Of a stretch of 64,000 nucleotides of DNA, positions 1 through 9,868 are shown one piece after another. Position 1 is the stretch's first letter, and each line of letters starts with the position of its first letter. The translations under genes were made by a program, and so were the position numbers. The notes beneath the pieces are model-generated. The model searched no databases and was not told the origin of the DNA. It saw only the letters and a program-made list of their open reading frames with translations. This stretch comes from an uncultured Acidobacteriota bacterium (lineage in GTDB: Bacteria; Acidobacteriota; UBA6911; RPQK01; JAPXNP01): assembly GCA_963777605.1 (NCBI GenBank), contig CAVZRV010000027.1, positions 224,001 through 288,000 of the forward strand, in the 5' to 3' direction.

Positions 1-833
1 CCAACCGCGCTACCCGGAAATTCTCCCTTGGTCTTGAAGTCAATCTTGATCACTCCGTTGTTCACCGAAACTCCCGGTGTCTCAATGTACTCGGAAGGTT
101 GATGGGTGGACTGATATGGGTCATAGAACGGAATGAGGTGATCGACCATTGTCAGGCGCTGTACCGGCTTCGGGATGACCCTTACCTCCCAATCGTTTTC
201 ATTGATGCCGCCGGGTACGTTGACCTTCAGGTAGTACGCCACGGAGTCCCCACCGTCGCTCAGAGTGGTTTTCGCCTGGCCCCCGCTGCTGTAGGGATTG
301 AATGTGGCACCCACCTGGTCACCGGCCGCGTCCCACCAGCGCCGCACCGACCCGTCTTCATTGGCCCAGTACAGCTGCGTCCCCCAGACGCTGAGCGAGA
401 CAACCGCACTGGCCTCGCCTTCTCCACCGCTGCCGGTGGCTCTGATCTTCGGCGAATCGGACAATGAAAATGTCCCCTGATCCCAGTTCTCCTCTGGAAT
501 GACGCTGTCGGCGGCCGTGACGCTGAGCACGGTGCTGGTCCCGCTTGAAGCACTGTACGAACTGGCCTTGAAAAGCCGGGTGCTGGGCTTATCCCCGGTC
601 CACTGGGCAGCCTTGGCCTGGCTGCCGACACGGAATTCAGCGGTGGTAGTGCCGGTCTCTCCCTGGACCAGGTTCAGCTTCGCACTCGAAAGCGTTACCG
701 CAACCGTCTGCTCCTCCTCGCAGTCGCAGCCCGGGTCCGCTCCGGTCAGAAATCCTCCGAGGCCGTCAGAGGCCAGATTGCTGAGGGCCAGTAACCCGAG
801 CAGAAGCAAAAGCCGTAGGTCTTTGATGTTCAT
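1..833 (-). CDS. Exported protein of unknown function, 3' end runs off the window (missed by the ORF track)
   Basis: Manually translated open frame from ATG at 833 to the window edge: MNIKDLRLLLLLGLLALSNLASDGLGGFLTGADPGCDCEEEQTVAVTL... It has a signal-peptide-like N-terminus and starts 4 nt after the TAA of the 1007-aa gene, implying an operon. Confidence 0.85.
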   Translation of the reverse strand, partial: MNIKDLRLLLLLGLLALSNLASDGLGGFLTGADPGCDCEEEQTVAVTLSSAKLNLVQGETGTTTAEFRVGSQAKAAQWTGDKPSTRLFKASSYSASSGTSTVLSVTAADSVIPEENWDQGTFSLSDSPKIRATGSGGEGEASAVVSLSVWGTQLYWANEDGSVRRWWDAAGDQVGATFNPYSSGGQAKTTLSDGGDSVAYYLKVNVPGGINENDWEVRVIPKPVQRLTMVDHLIPFYDPYQSTHQPSEYIETPGVSVNNGVIKIDFKTKGEFPGSAV

Positions 834-837
834 TGCG

Positions 838-3800
838 TTACTCCGTCCCCGTCTGGAAAAAGGTTGAGAAGTCAGACGGCAAACCTTGGGACGAACCCGA
901 GTTTGGAGACGAAAGAATATTGCCAGAGACGTGGACATAGCTTCCTGCCGCCGGCAGAGTGATGGGCACTCCGGTCAGACTCCAGTCGAGCTTCAGACGA
1001 CTTGTGATCAACTGCGGCCCACCAGGCGGTTCCAGCACCCGGAATATCAGCCCGAGACCGGGCAGGTTCTCTTCCGGTTGAGCGTCCGGGAAGCGCTGGA
1101 GGGTCAACTCTCCAAAAGGATCTGAACTTCCCTCCTCGATCACATCGACGATGACCTCGGCCGGTGCGACTGTCTTGACCGTCAAATTGTAGGTATCGTT
1201 TGCGTAGGATCCCGTTCCAATGTTGTCTCCGGCCTTCAGACCGCCGAAATCGGATGTCACGTTGAAGAAGCCCACCTGGAACCAGGCCAGCGCGAGTTGA
1301 CCCTCGGCCTGGTCGAAGGAAAAGGAGACGTTGGCCGCCTCCCCTCCTGTAGTCGTGTCGAAAGAGGCCCTGAAGCCCGGGGCAAAGTTCATGCCGCACT
1401 CGTACGTGTTGCCGCCTCCCGAACCGTTGTCGACTTGAATGCTCTTGAGCTGAAGGTATCCCCGGGTCGGCACTGATCCGGAAATTCTCGGAACCCGTGC
1501 CGTCCAGCCTTGTGCACCCTCTGAGGCGATCACCGGAAAGGCGATTTCCGAATTCTGGTTGGTCTCCGTGTCGAACTGCTGAAAGTTGAACACCACCAGA
1601 GGGTTGTCGCCAAACCGGGTCCCCTGCAGACGGACGTTCACACCCGGGCGCAGGAAGATCGGCGAGACGCGGAAGAGATTGGCCAGCGATGCGGAAGGGG
1701 CACCAAATGTCAACTGTTCGGTCGTCCGCCTCGTCAACCGTCTGTCCCTCTCGGGGGACGTCGAAACGGAATTGAACTCCGTAGTCACGGCGACTTTGCC
1801 CGGGTTTGCCGGCACCGTGAGCAGGCCCGGAACCAGCCAAAACTCGGTCTGAACTTCCGATCCGACGTAGGTAAAAGGCTGTTTGCCGAAGAACTGGATC
1901 TCCATAGCCAAGTTACCGTTGGCACTGCCCGCAATCGTCCCGTCGCCTATTGCAGCCGTTCGCTCGGGACCAAACTCGATCAGGTCAAAGGTCCCCCCTC
2001 CAGCCGCGCGGGCGATCAGTTCATACGTCCTGCTCTCATCGTCGCGGATGAAATTTCCAAATCCGATCCGGTCCCCGACTAAAATTCCGGAACCGTCCAC
2101 CCCGAGTCCCGCCGACTCGAGTCGAACGGTCTCCAGGGCGAAGTCTCCGCTCTTCTGGATCAGGCGCCAGTTTGCCGTGGGCGAGACCGTTCCTGCCAGG
2201 CTTTGGGCAAACTTGAGGCTCGAGGTCGGAGCGAACCCGTTCGTCTTTCGGAAATAGGGCATCGAAGTCAGCTTGGTATCCGCCTGGCGAAGGCTCAGGA
2301 ATGTCGCATACTGGCCGGCCGAAATATCGATCCTGCCGTCGAATTCGTCAATCCCTTCGACGTCGGGAAACAGTTCGTGGAGGAACTGCGCGTTGTGCTC
2401 GAAGTTTTCCAGCGAGATTACGGTGGAAGCTTTCCATGAGCCGGTCCGATCATAGAGCGTCATGGTCACCGAGTTGGTGCCAGCCACATCGGAAGGGATC
2501 GGATATGCAACGGCGATCCCAGTATTGTAGCGGTCAAGACTGTCCGCAATCACAGAAAGAGTCTTCTGCAGCGGCGTAGTTCCGACGCCGGCCTCGGAAT
2601 CGAGGATGCCTTTATTGAAGATGGAGAACAGTGCCGTCCCATTGATCGGCTCGTCCATGCTGACGACTGCGTATCCGGTCTGGAGCTCGCCCGTTCCGCT
2701 CGTGACAAACCGCGAGACAGCATTGGGATCCAAACCGAAGTTGAACTGGGCCGCCCGGGTCCCGCTGATCGTCACCTCCATCGGCGTTCCGTCCGAGCGG
2801 TAAAACTCGATCGTGCCTCCGGCCCGGCCTTCCAGGTTGTTCATCAAGACGATCGTAGACTTGATCGACAAGTCCCCCGCAGCGCCGTCTCCCATGTGCG
2901 CGAAGGCGATCTTGGTCCAGGTCGCTCCTGGGGCCGGCGCCTTGAGCATCGGCATCGAGGTCAACTGATCGCTCGTGGAACGCAGAGTGACGCCGTAGAA
3001 TTCCCTGGTGGAGCTCAGAACCGCAGAACCCTCGAACTCCTCAATACCGGGAACCGACGAAAAAAGCTCATCCAGAAACTGTGAAGCATGCCCCCAAGGC
3101 GGAAGCGCCACTTGCGCGGTTTTCTTGGAGTTCCCGTTCCGGTCGAACAGTTCGACCTGGACAGTCACGTTTTCGTTGCTGGGGTTGGACAGTGCGATTC
3201 CGGTCCGACTCGCGCCGATCATGTCCGCAAACAACATGAACTCGGTTCCTACCGGAGACTCTTCGACTCCGACGTCGGTGTAGATGCGGCCACTGCTATC
3301 CCGAATTCCAAATGTCGCGGTCCCGCCGATCGGCTGATCCGAGTGAACGTGGGCCCAACCCACCTTAACGTTCCCGGTACCTGCCGTCTGAAAGCGTTTC
3401 GTCTGGCGGGAACCCAGCGCAAACGGGAATGAACTGTTCGCAACTCCGTCGATCGTGACCACGAGCGGCAACCCGTCATTGTCAAAGAATTCGATCGTTC
3501 CGCTGGTCTCGTTCCTGGTCTGGTTGATCAAGATCAGGGTGGTCTGAAAAAACTGCTGGGTACCCGGGATCTGCCCATCTCCGATTTGCGCGAACACAAT
3601 TGCAGTCCCGAGATCGACGATCGACAGGTCGGGCTCAGAGAATCCTCCTACCGATTCGGAGACGACCGGACTGCGCAGCCAGCCTCCGTTCCCCTTCCTG
3701 TCCTCGGCAAGTCGCACCAACTGCTCGGCTCGAGCGGGGTCCTCCTGGAAGTAACGATAGACCAACTGGGGTGGAAGTTTGGCTCTGCCTGCAACCAGCA

Positions 3801-3861
3801 AAAGTACGGCGGCGCAGAAAACCAGGCCAGGAAAAAGTCGTGTGAAGATCAGACGGAACAT
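838..3861 (-). CDS. Large exported beta-rich protein with two tandem copies of an unnamed ~220-aa module, plus a second repeated domain and an IPT/TIG-like stretch
   Basis: 1007-aa ORF with AGGAG SD and a hydrophobic N-terminus. Repeats FAQIGDG..TTLILIN..GTIEFFDNDGLPL and FAHMGDG..STIVLMN..GTIEFYRSDGTPM, both ending LTSMP. Confidence 0.85.
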   Translation of the reverse strand: MFRLIFTRLFPGLVFCAAVLLLVAGRAKLPPQLVYRYFQEDPARAEQLVRLAEDRKGNGGWLRSPVVSESVGGFSEPDLSIVDLGTAIVFAQIGDGQIPGTQQFFQTTLILINQTRNETSGTIEFFDNDGLPLVVTIDGVANSSFPFALGSRQTKRFQTAGTGNVKVGWAHVHSDQPIGGTATFGIRDSSGRIYTDVGVEESPVGTEFMLFADMIGASRTGIALSNPSNENVTVQVELFDRNGNSKKTAQVALPPWGHASQFLDELFSSVPGIEEFEGSAVLSSTREFYGVTLRSTSDQLTSMPMLKAPAPGATWTKIAFAHMGDGAAGDLSIKSTIVLMNNLEGRAGGTIEFYRSDGTPMEVTISGTRAAQFNFGLDPNAVSRFVTSGTGELQTGYAVVSMDEPINGTALFSIFNKGILDSEAGVGTTPLQKTLSVIADSLDRYNTGIAVAYPIPSDVAGTNSVTMTLYDRTGSWKASTVISLENFEHNAQFLHELFPDVEGIDEFDGRIDISAGQYATFLSLRQADTKLTSMPYFRKTNGFAPTSSLKFAQSLAGTVSPTANWRLIQKSGDFALETVRLESAGLGVDGSGILVGDRIGFGNFIRDDESRTYELIARAAGGGTFDLIEFGPERTAAIGDGTIAGSANGNLAMEIQFFGKQPFTYVGSEVQTEFWLVPGLLTVPANPGKVAVTTEFNSVSTSPERDRRLTRRTTEQLTFGAPSASLANLFRVSPIFLRPGVNVRLQGTRFGDNPLVVFNFQQFDTETNQNSEIAFPVIASEGAQGWTARVPRISGSVPTRGYLQLKSIQVDNGSGGGNTYECGMNFAPGFRASFDTTTGGEAANVSFSFDQAEGQLALAWFQVGFFNVTSDFGGLKAGDNIGTGSYANDTYNLTVKTVAPAEVIVDVIEEGSSDPFGELTLQRFPDAQPEENLPGLGLIFRVLEPPGGPQLITSRLKLDWSLTGVPITLPAAGSYVHVSGNILSSPNSGSSQGLPSDFSTFFQTGTE

Positions 3862-4059
3862 CTCACGCCTCTCCTTTCGGGAACTCCTTTACTTGGCTAA
3901 GATGGGGCAGCATGGCGTCGCTGTCAACCCATCGAGAGCGAATACTTTGCCACCTATTTCAAAATCTGAGCGATGCCCGATAGTATGACTGCGATTTACT
4001 TCAAAGCTTGAAGCGTTCCAGACTCGATATCGAGATTTGAGAGATTGAGGAGCAGATTC

Positions 4060-4899
4060 ATGAGGGAGGTCATTATTCAGGCCCTCGCCGGTACGGGGAT
4101 CCCGGGCTGGTTGGTTCCCGACTATTGGTTTATGCTGACAACGGCCATCATCGCGGGATCGCTGGTGACATTGGTCATGAGCCGCCATGCCAAGCTGTCC
4201 GCTCCCGTCTCGGATCTTCTCTTCTTCGGGATTCTCGGGCTTTTCGTCGGATCGAAGATCCTCTACGGCCTTCAGTACTGGGACTCCTGGTCCTGGGGAC
4301 GAATGCTCCAACCGGCGGGCTTTGCCCTCTATGGGGGGCTGCTGGGTCTGCTCACAGCATGGCTGGGCTACTACCTGGTCCGGCCATTTCCATTGTGGTC
4401 GTTTCTCGATTCGGTTGCCCCTGGGCTGGCACTCGGCCTCTTTTTCGGCCGGATCGGATGCTTTCTGGCCGGATGCAATGGCGGAATCGCCTGTGGCTGG
4501 CCGTGGGCCGTCTCATTTCCTCCCGGCACTTCCTCTTTCGAACAACAGGCGGCGTTGGGGTACATTCCACCTGGTGCCGACCTGAGTCTTCCCGCTCACC
4601 CCACTCAGCTTTACGAGTCTTTCTTCGGCCTGGCCTCTTTCTTCCTCCTCTGGCGATTGCTCCGCTCACGACGGTGGGAAGGAGAGGTCTTCCTGACCGG
4701 GATGATTTGGTATTCGGCGTTCCGGTTTCCATCCGAGTGGCTGCGGGCCGACGGAGGCGGCTTTCGGCCGTCGGGGGTTCTCTCCTTCGCCCAGGCTGTT
4801 TCCCTGATCGTTCTCGCTGTTGCCCTGGCCGCCTACTATCGACGGTCAAAGTCCAATTTCCAGGCCAATGCCGGAGGTTCTCCCGGTCTTCGAATGTGA
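4060..4899 (+). CDS. lgt: Prolipoprotein diacylglyceryl transferase (Lgt) family protein
   Basis: Multi-TM protein with motifs GFALYGG, LDSVAPGLALG..GRIGCFLAGC and HPTQLYE, and Y..FRF..E.LR. GAGGAG SD precedes ATG 4060. Confidence 0.8.
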   Translation: MREVIIQALAGTGIPGWLVPDYWFMLTTAIIAGSLVTLVMSRHAKLSAPVSDLLFFGILGLFVGSKILYGLQYWDSWSWGRMLQPAGFALYGGLLGLLTAWLGYYLVRPFPLWSFLDSVAPGLALGLFFGRIGCFLAGCNGGIACGWPWAVSFPPGTSSFEQQAALGYIPPGADLSLPAHPTQLYESFFGLASFFLLWRLLRSRRWEGEVFLTGMIWYSAFRFPSEWLRADGGGFRPSGVLSFAQAVSLIVLAVALAAYYRRSKSNFQANAGGSPGLRM

Positions 4900-5127
4900 G
4901 CGAGCCCCGAGTTCACTGCACGCCGCCTTCTTCATCAGTCCCTGCTCCCGTTACCGGTCCGTTCCAGACTCAAGGGGAACGGTGACTTGACGACTGGCCT
5001 TACCTCCGCAATCATTCTCGGTACCGGCCCGACTGTGGCGGCGGGCCTTGAGTTTAAACCAGTTGCGGCGGGACCCCGCTCTCCGCTGCCAGCCTGTCGA
5101 GGGTCAAAAGGAATCGGAGGATTCGAG

Positions 5128-6438
5128 ATGAAAGCTCCCTTTGGTACAACACGCCGGGGTTTTATTCGCAAATCGGTCACTGCCGGAATTGCAACTGCCG
5201 CTCCGTCAATCCTTCCGTCCCACGTTCTCGGGCGGGGAAAGTCGGTGGCTCCCGGAGACAAAATCTCCCTGGGAGTCATTGGAATCGGCCCGCGTTGCCG
5301 GTACGTGCTGAAATCCATGCTCGGCCTGCCCGACGTCCGCTGCGTCGCCATCGCCGATGTGCAGGCAAACCGACGCGCCGAGGGCAAGGCCATGGTGGAC
5401 GAGTACTACCAGAATCAGGATTGTGCCACCGTTCGCGATTTCCGAGAACTGCTCGCGCGCCCAGACATCGACGCGATGCTCATCGCGACCGGCGACCGCT
5501 GGCACGCTTCCGCGTCGATCATGGCCGCAGAGGCCGGGAAAGACGTCTACAGCGAAAAACCGTGCGGGCTGACCATCGACTACTGCCAGCAGGTTTCAGC
5601 CACCATGGAAAAGACAGGACGGGTCTTTCAAGCCGGAACGCAACGGCGAAGCATCGTCAACTTTCAGCGAGCCGTGGACCTGGCTCACAGCGGGAAACTG
5701 GGCAAAATCCACACCCTCTACGCGTCCGTCTACACTCCCGAGATCCGGACCGCCTGGCTTCCCGGCGAACCGACTCCGGCGCCGCAATCGGTGGATTGGA
5801 ACCTGTGGCTGGGACCCGCGCCCTGGCGGCCCTACAACAGCCGGTACGTTTCGGGAGGCTGGCGGGGCCACTACGACTTCGACTCCGGCTGCAAGCTGCT
5901 TGACTGGGGTGCCCACACCCTCGATCTGTGCCAGTGGGCCAACCAGGCCGACGACACCATGCCGATCGAGTTCGAGCCGGGTGAGAGACGAATCACGGCC
6001 CGCTACGCCAACGGAGTCAACCTGATCCTGGACTTCCTCGAGACGCCTTTCGGAGAGCGTCCCGGATGGATCCAGCACCTGGGAACCTGCCCGGTCCGTT
6101 TCGTCGGCGACGCGGGATGGGTGGAGACCGGTGACAGCGGGGAGATTGAAGTGGATCCTCCCTCGCTCAAGAAAGAGGTCCCCGAGCTGGCCGAGAAAGC
6201 GAACGGTCTCGACGTCACCGCCCACGCCCGGAATTTCTTCGACTGCATGCGCACCCGGGGAAAGACGGCGGCGAATCCGACCGTGATGCGGCGTTCTCAC
6301 ATCGCCTCCCATGCTGCAGCGCTGTCCTGGCTCCTCAACCGGAAACTCAGGATCGACCCGGCCAGGGAGGCGTTCATTGACGACAGCGAGGCGAACAGCC
6401 TGCGCTCCCGCCCGGCCCGGGATCCGTGGAACGTTTGA
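5128..6438 (+). CDS. Tat-exported Gfo/Idh/MocA family oxidoreductase
   Basis: TRRGFI twin-arginine signal, GVIGIGPR Rossmann motif, DVYSEKP, QAGTQRRS, DWGAHTLD. GGAGG SD. Confidence 0.9.
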   Translation: MKAPFGTTRRGFIRKSVTAGIATAAPSILPSHVLGRGKSVAPGDKISLGVIGIGPRCRYVLKSMLGLPDVRCVAIADVQANRRAEGKAMVDEYYQNQDCATVRDFRELLARPDIDAMLIATGDRWHASASIMAAEAGKDVYSEKPCGLTIDYCQQVSATMEKTGRVFQAGTQRRSIVNFQRAVDLAHSGKLGKIHTLYASVYTPEIRTAWLPGEPTPAPQSVDWNLWLGPAPWRPYNSRYVSGGWRGHYDFDSGCKLLDWGAHTLDLCQWANQADDTMPIEFEPGERRITARYANGVNLILDFLETPFGERPGWIQHLGTCPVRFVGDAGWVETGDSGEIEVDPPSLKKEVPELAEKANGLDVTAHARNFFDCMRTRGKTAANPTVMRRSHIASHAAALSWLLNRKLRIDPAREAFIDDSEANSLRSRPARDPWNV

Positions 6439-6455
6439 GGAGGGGAACTCGATTG

Positions 6456-7928
6456 ATGCCGACACGACTGTGTTTGTTTTCGTGGGTGATTCTCCTTCTG
6501 ACGGGATCTCTTTCCTTCGCGGCACCCGGTCCCGGCAAGCCCAACATCGTCTGGATCGTCGGCGAGAACCTCGACCTTGACCTGGGCTGCTACGGCGAGC
6601 ACGTGCGGACGCCCAACCTCGACCGCCTGGCGGCGGAAGGGGTTCGCTACACGAACGTCTTCGCCACTTCCCCGGTCTGCGCGCCGAGCCGGTCGGCATT
6701 CATGACCGGAATGTACCAGACGTCGACCGACACCCAAAACATGCGCAGCCACCGCGACGACGACTTCCGGCTGCCGCCTGGGGTCCGGCCGACTGACCCA
6801 CCGGCTTCAGGATGCGGGCTACTTCACCGCCAACATCATTCGATCGGCGACCGCGTCGTCGGCACCGGCAAACTGGACCTGAACTTCGTCAACGAGGGCC
6901 CGATCTACCAGTCGGACGACTGGTCCGCGTTGAAGTCTCACCAGCCTTTCTTCGCCAGGTCAACCTGCCCGAGGCGGAGTACGACATCTACGACCGGAAG
7001 TCCTGGGAGAAACCCCGCGTCAAGTGGGTCGGAGAAGATTGGCATCCCCGAATCGCCACTCCCGGGAACGTCTCTCCACCACCTTACTATCCCGATCACA
7101 CGCTCGTTCGTGAAGAATGGGCCCGCTACCTCAACTCTGTCTCCGGCATGGATGTCCGCGTCGGCTGGATCCTCGATCAACTGGAGCAAGAGGGGCTGGA
7201 CGAGGACACCGTCATCATGTTCTTCGGGGACAACGGCCGGCTGGAGGCTCGCGGCATCCACTGGTGCTAGGATTCGGGGCTGCGCGTCCCGATGATTCTC
7301 CGCTGGCCGAAGAACTTTCCGGCGCCACCTCAGAATCAGCCGGGCACCGCCAGACGCCCAGGTGATCAGCCTGCTCGACGTCACGGCCACGACCCTCTGG
7401 ATCGCGGGCATCGAGCGCCCGACGCTGATGCAGAGCCGCGGTTCCTCGGCGAACATGCTCGATCCCCCACGAACCTATGCCTTCAGCGCCCGCGATCGCA
7501 TCGACGAAACCGTCATCCGCCAGCGTTCGGTCCGCGACAATCGCTACCAATACGTGCGCAATCTCACGCCCGGCACCGGCTTTCTGACCCTGAACCGCTA
7601 CAAGGAGAAGTGTTTCCTGGTGATGCCTCTGATGCGACGGCTGCTCGCGGAGGGGAAACTGACAGGACCTCCGCTTGAACTCACCAAGCCATTCCCTGGT
7701 GAGATGCTTTACGACACGCTGGAGGACCCCTACGAGGTCAGAAACCTGGTCGGGTCGGCGAACCCGGAACACCGGTCGGCGCTGACGCGGCTGCGGGCCG
7801 CCCTCGACACCTGGATGGTCGAAACCGGAGACCGGGGCGATGTACTGGAACCGCCCGAACTCGTCGCACCATTCGAACAGGAGATGGACCGCTGGTTCGG
7901 GACCCCCGACTGGTACCGCAAGGACTGA
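6456..7928 (+). CDS. Sulfatase (Cys/FGly type), split by several indels and one in-frame TAG
   Basis: Signal peptide, PNIVWI, TPNLDRLAAEG, SPVCAPSRSAFMTG, FFGDNG, ARDRIDE, LYDTLEDPYE. These lie across ORFs 6426-7295, 6812-7270, 7292-7678 and 7362-7928. Confidence 0.85.
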
Positions 7929-7931
7929 CCG

Positions 7932-9788
7932 TCAGGGATAGCTTGACATCTGCAGCCCGTCGCGGGTTCGCAGAACCGTCATCAGGAACGGCTGACTGTT
8001 GTCAGAGACAGCAGTCACCGAGGCGGTCACCAGCTCAGGATATTGCTCGCTCGTCAGGAAGAACGCCCGGTGTGCGCCGGGTCCGAGATCCACGTGAAAG
8101 CGCTCCTTCACATATCCCGGATTTTCCCCAACCAGTTCAACGTCCACCGAGATTGGTTGTGAATGGGGGTTCACCAGGGCAACCGCCGTTTCAAACCGGT
8201 CCACGCGATTGATGTAAGATGCGTGGCGGTTGGAGGGTCTTGAGGGAGCCACGCCGGCCTCGTAGCGCTTCTCGCCGGCACGATAGCGGAAGATGGAACT
8301 CCCCTCCAAAACGCGGTCCGATTCCACGCTGACCCAGCCCACCTGCAAGGTTTCGCCGCCAGACGTCTCCACGGCCCGGGACTCTCCTGCCGCAATCACC
8401 AGGTCGACATCCGAAGCACTCTCACGCCCGACCAGGGGAACCTTCAGTGGACTGCCGTCTTCATCCAGGAAGTGCACCGTGGCTTGAGCCGCCTTTCTCC
8501 CCGGATTTGAAAGTACCAGGAGAGTGCTCTGTCCCTGACCGTTCGCGAGTTGCGCGAAGTTGAGCCGAAGATCCGGCACGAAGACCGCGATGGAATCACC
8601 GTCCCGGACCAGAAGCCGCCCCTGCGAAGCGGAAAGGCTTCCGCCAAAGACTTGGCCGTCGAGCCAGACCGCCTCCCCCGATGTCGCCTTCCACGCGAAA
8701 AGCCCCAAATCAGTGGTAGTGAAAATGGTGTCGTTGATAACGACGCTGTCCCAAATGGCAAGGTCGAAAAGAGTGCCGTAGCTTGTGTATCCGTCTTCCC
8801 AGAGCACTTCACCCGTCTCAGGTGCTCTTGCCTGGAGGCACGGGTAACATCCTCCGCCGAGGGTCCGATCAGCGCCGGTTCGAAAGAAAAAGAGCCGGTC
8901 CCGTGACAGTGCCATCGCATTCGTTTTCGCATCCGCGCCCTGCCAAAGGACCGTTCCGTTCGCTGCATCGAGGACAGCGAATCGGGATGGCTCGAGCGCA
9001 AATCCAACGTAGGGAGAAATGGCCTGGTCAAGGAGGTAGACTCTGCCCTCGGACGCCATCAGATCGGTAACGGAGAAGACCTCCACAGACCAGACGATCT
9101 CCCCGTTCGAGGGATCGATCGATACCAGCCTTCCGTCGGCCAGCGAGACAAACAGCTGTTCACCCGAGAGAACGAGAGGAGCCTCCGCGGTCTCCGCCTC
9201 GATGGACCAGAGCAATTCCCCGCTTTCCACCGCAACAGCCCTGATCCCGGAAGTGCCGTGATAGTAGGCCCTCCGCCCGGTGACGATCGGGCTCCTCCAG
9301 CGCGGTCTCCCCGATTCCAGAATCCTGCCAGAGCAGTTCGCCGGTCGAGGCACGAACCATCGCGACGCCGGCGGCCGAACCACCCAGGAGCAGGTGATCA
9401 TGCGAGTAGGAAGGGGAGTAGTAGAGTCGTGAGTTCTCCGTTGGAAACTGGTGCTCCAGAGGAGTTTCGCTTCGAGGTCATAGAGCGAGAAAGCATAGAG
9501 GCGGTGCTCATAGTCCCAGGCACCGACCAGGACTCGGTCCTCGAACGACAACAGGGGAGTCCCCGATATCGGCAGTGAGGCGACTTTCTTGAGCGGAGCT
9601 TCGAAGTCGCCCATCTGGGTGGCCGCGCCCATCCGTTCGAACCCGTATCTCCCCGTGAAATGGTCCGCGAGGGCCTGGCCTGCAACGGGCAACACGCTGA
9701 GGCCGATCATGCACGGTATGAGCAGGATCCAGCAAGCATCGGGACGCAGCCAGGGCGAAGCCGCCCGGATTCTCTTTAAAGTATTCAT
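7932..9788 (-). CDS. Exported PQQ-like beta-propeller protein with a C-terminal copy of the unnamed ~220-aa module
   Basis: Repeated A.d..sGe.lW propeller blades. C-terminus reads FAQLANGQGQSTLLVLSNPG...LRTRDGLQMSSYP. A compensating frameshift pair lies near 9290-9430 (true frame in ORF 9160-9360). Confidence 0.8.
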   Translation of the reverse strand: MNTLKRIRAASPWLRPDACWILLIPCMIGLSVLPVAGQALADHFTGRYGFERMGAATQMGDFEAPLKKVASLPISGTPLLSFEDRVLVGAWDYEHRLYAFSLYDLEAKLLWSTSFQRRTHDSTTPLPTRMITCSWVVRPPASRWFVPRPANCSGRILESGRPRWRSPIVTGRRAYYHGTSGIRAVAVESGELLWSIEAETAEAPLVLSGEQLFVSLADGRLVSIDPSNGEIVWSVEVFSVTDLMASEGRVYLLDQAISPYVGFALEPSRFAVLDAANGTVLWQGADAKTNAMALSRDRLFFFRTGADRTLGGGCYPCLQARAPETGEVLWEDGYTSYGTLFDLAIWDSVVINDTIFTTTDLGLFAWKATSGEAVWLDGQVFGGSLSASQGRLLVRDGDSIAVFVPDLRLNFAQLANGQGQSTLLVLSNPGRKAAQATVHFLDEDGSPLKVPLVGRESASDVDLVIAAGESRAVETSGGETLQVGWVSVESDRVLEGSSIFRYRAGEKRYEAGVAPSRPSNRHASYINRVDRFETAVALVNPHSQPISVDVELVGENPGYVKERFHVDLGPGAHRAFFLTSEQYPELVTASVTAVSDNSQPFLMTVLRTRDGLQMSSYP

Positions 9789-9868
9789 TTCAAGCGCCTT
9801 GTGCAGCCAGATTCCCCAGGTTTCCCTGCCGGAGTCGCTGCCGTTCACGCTCCCGGAAGGAAACCCGA

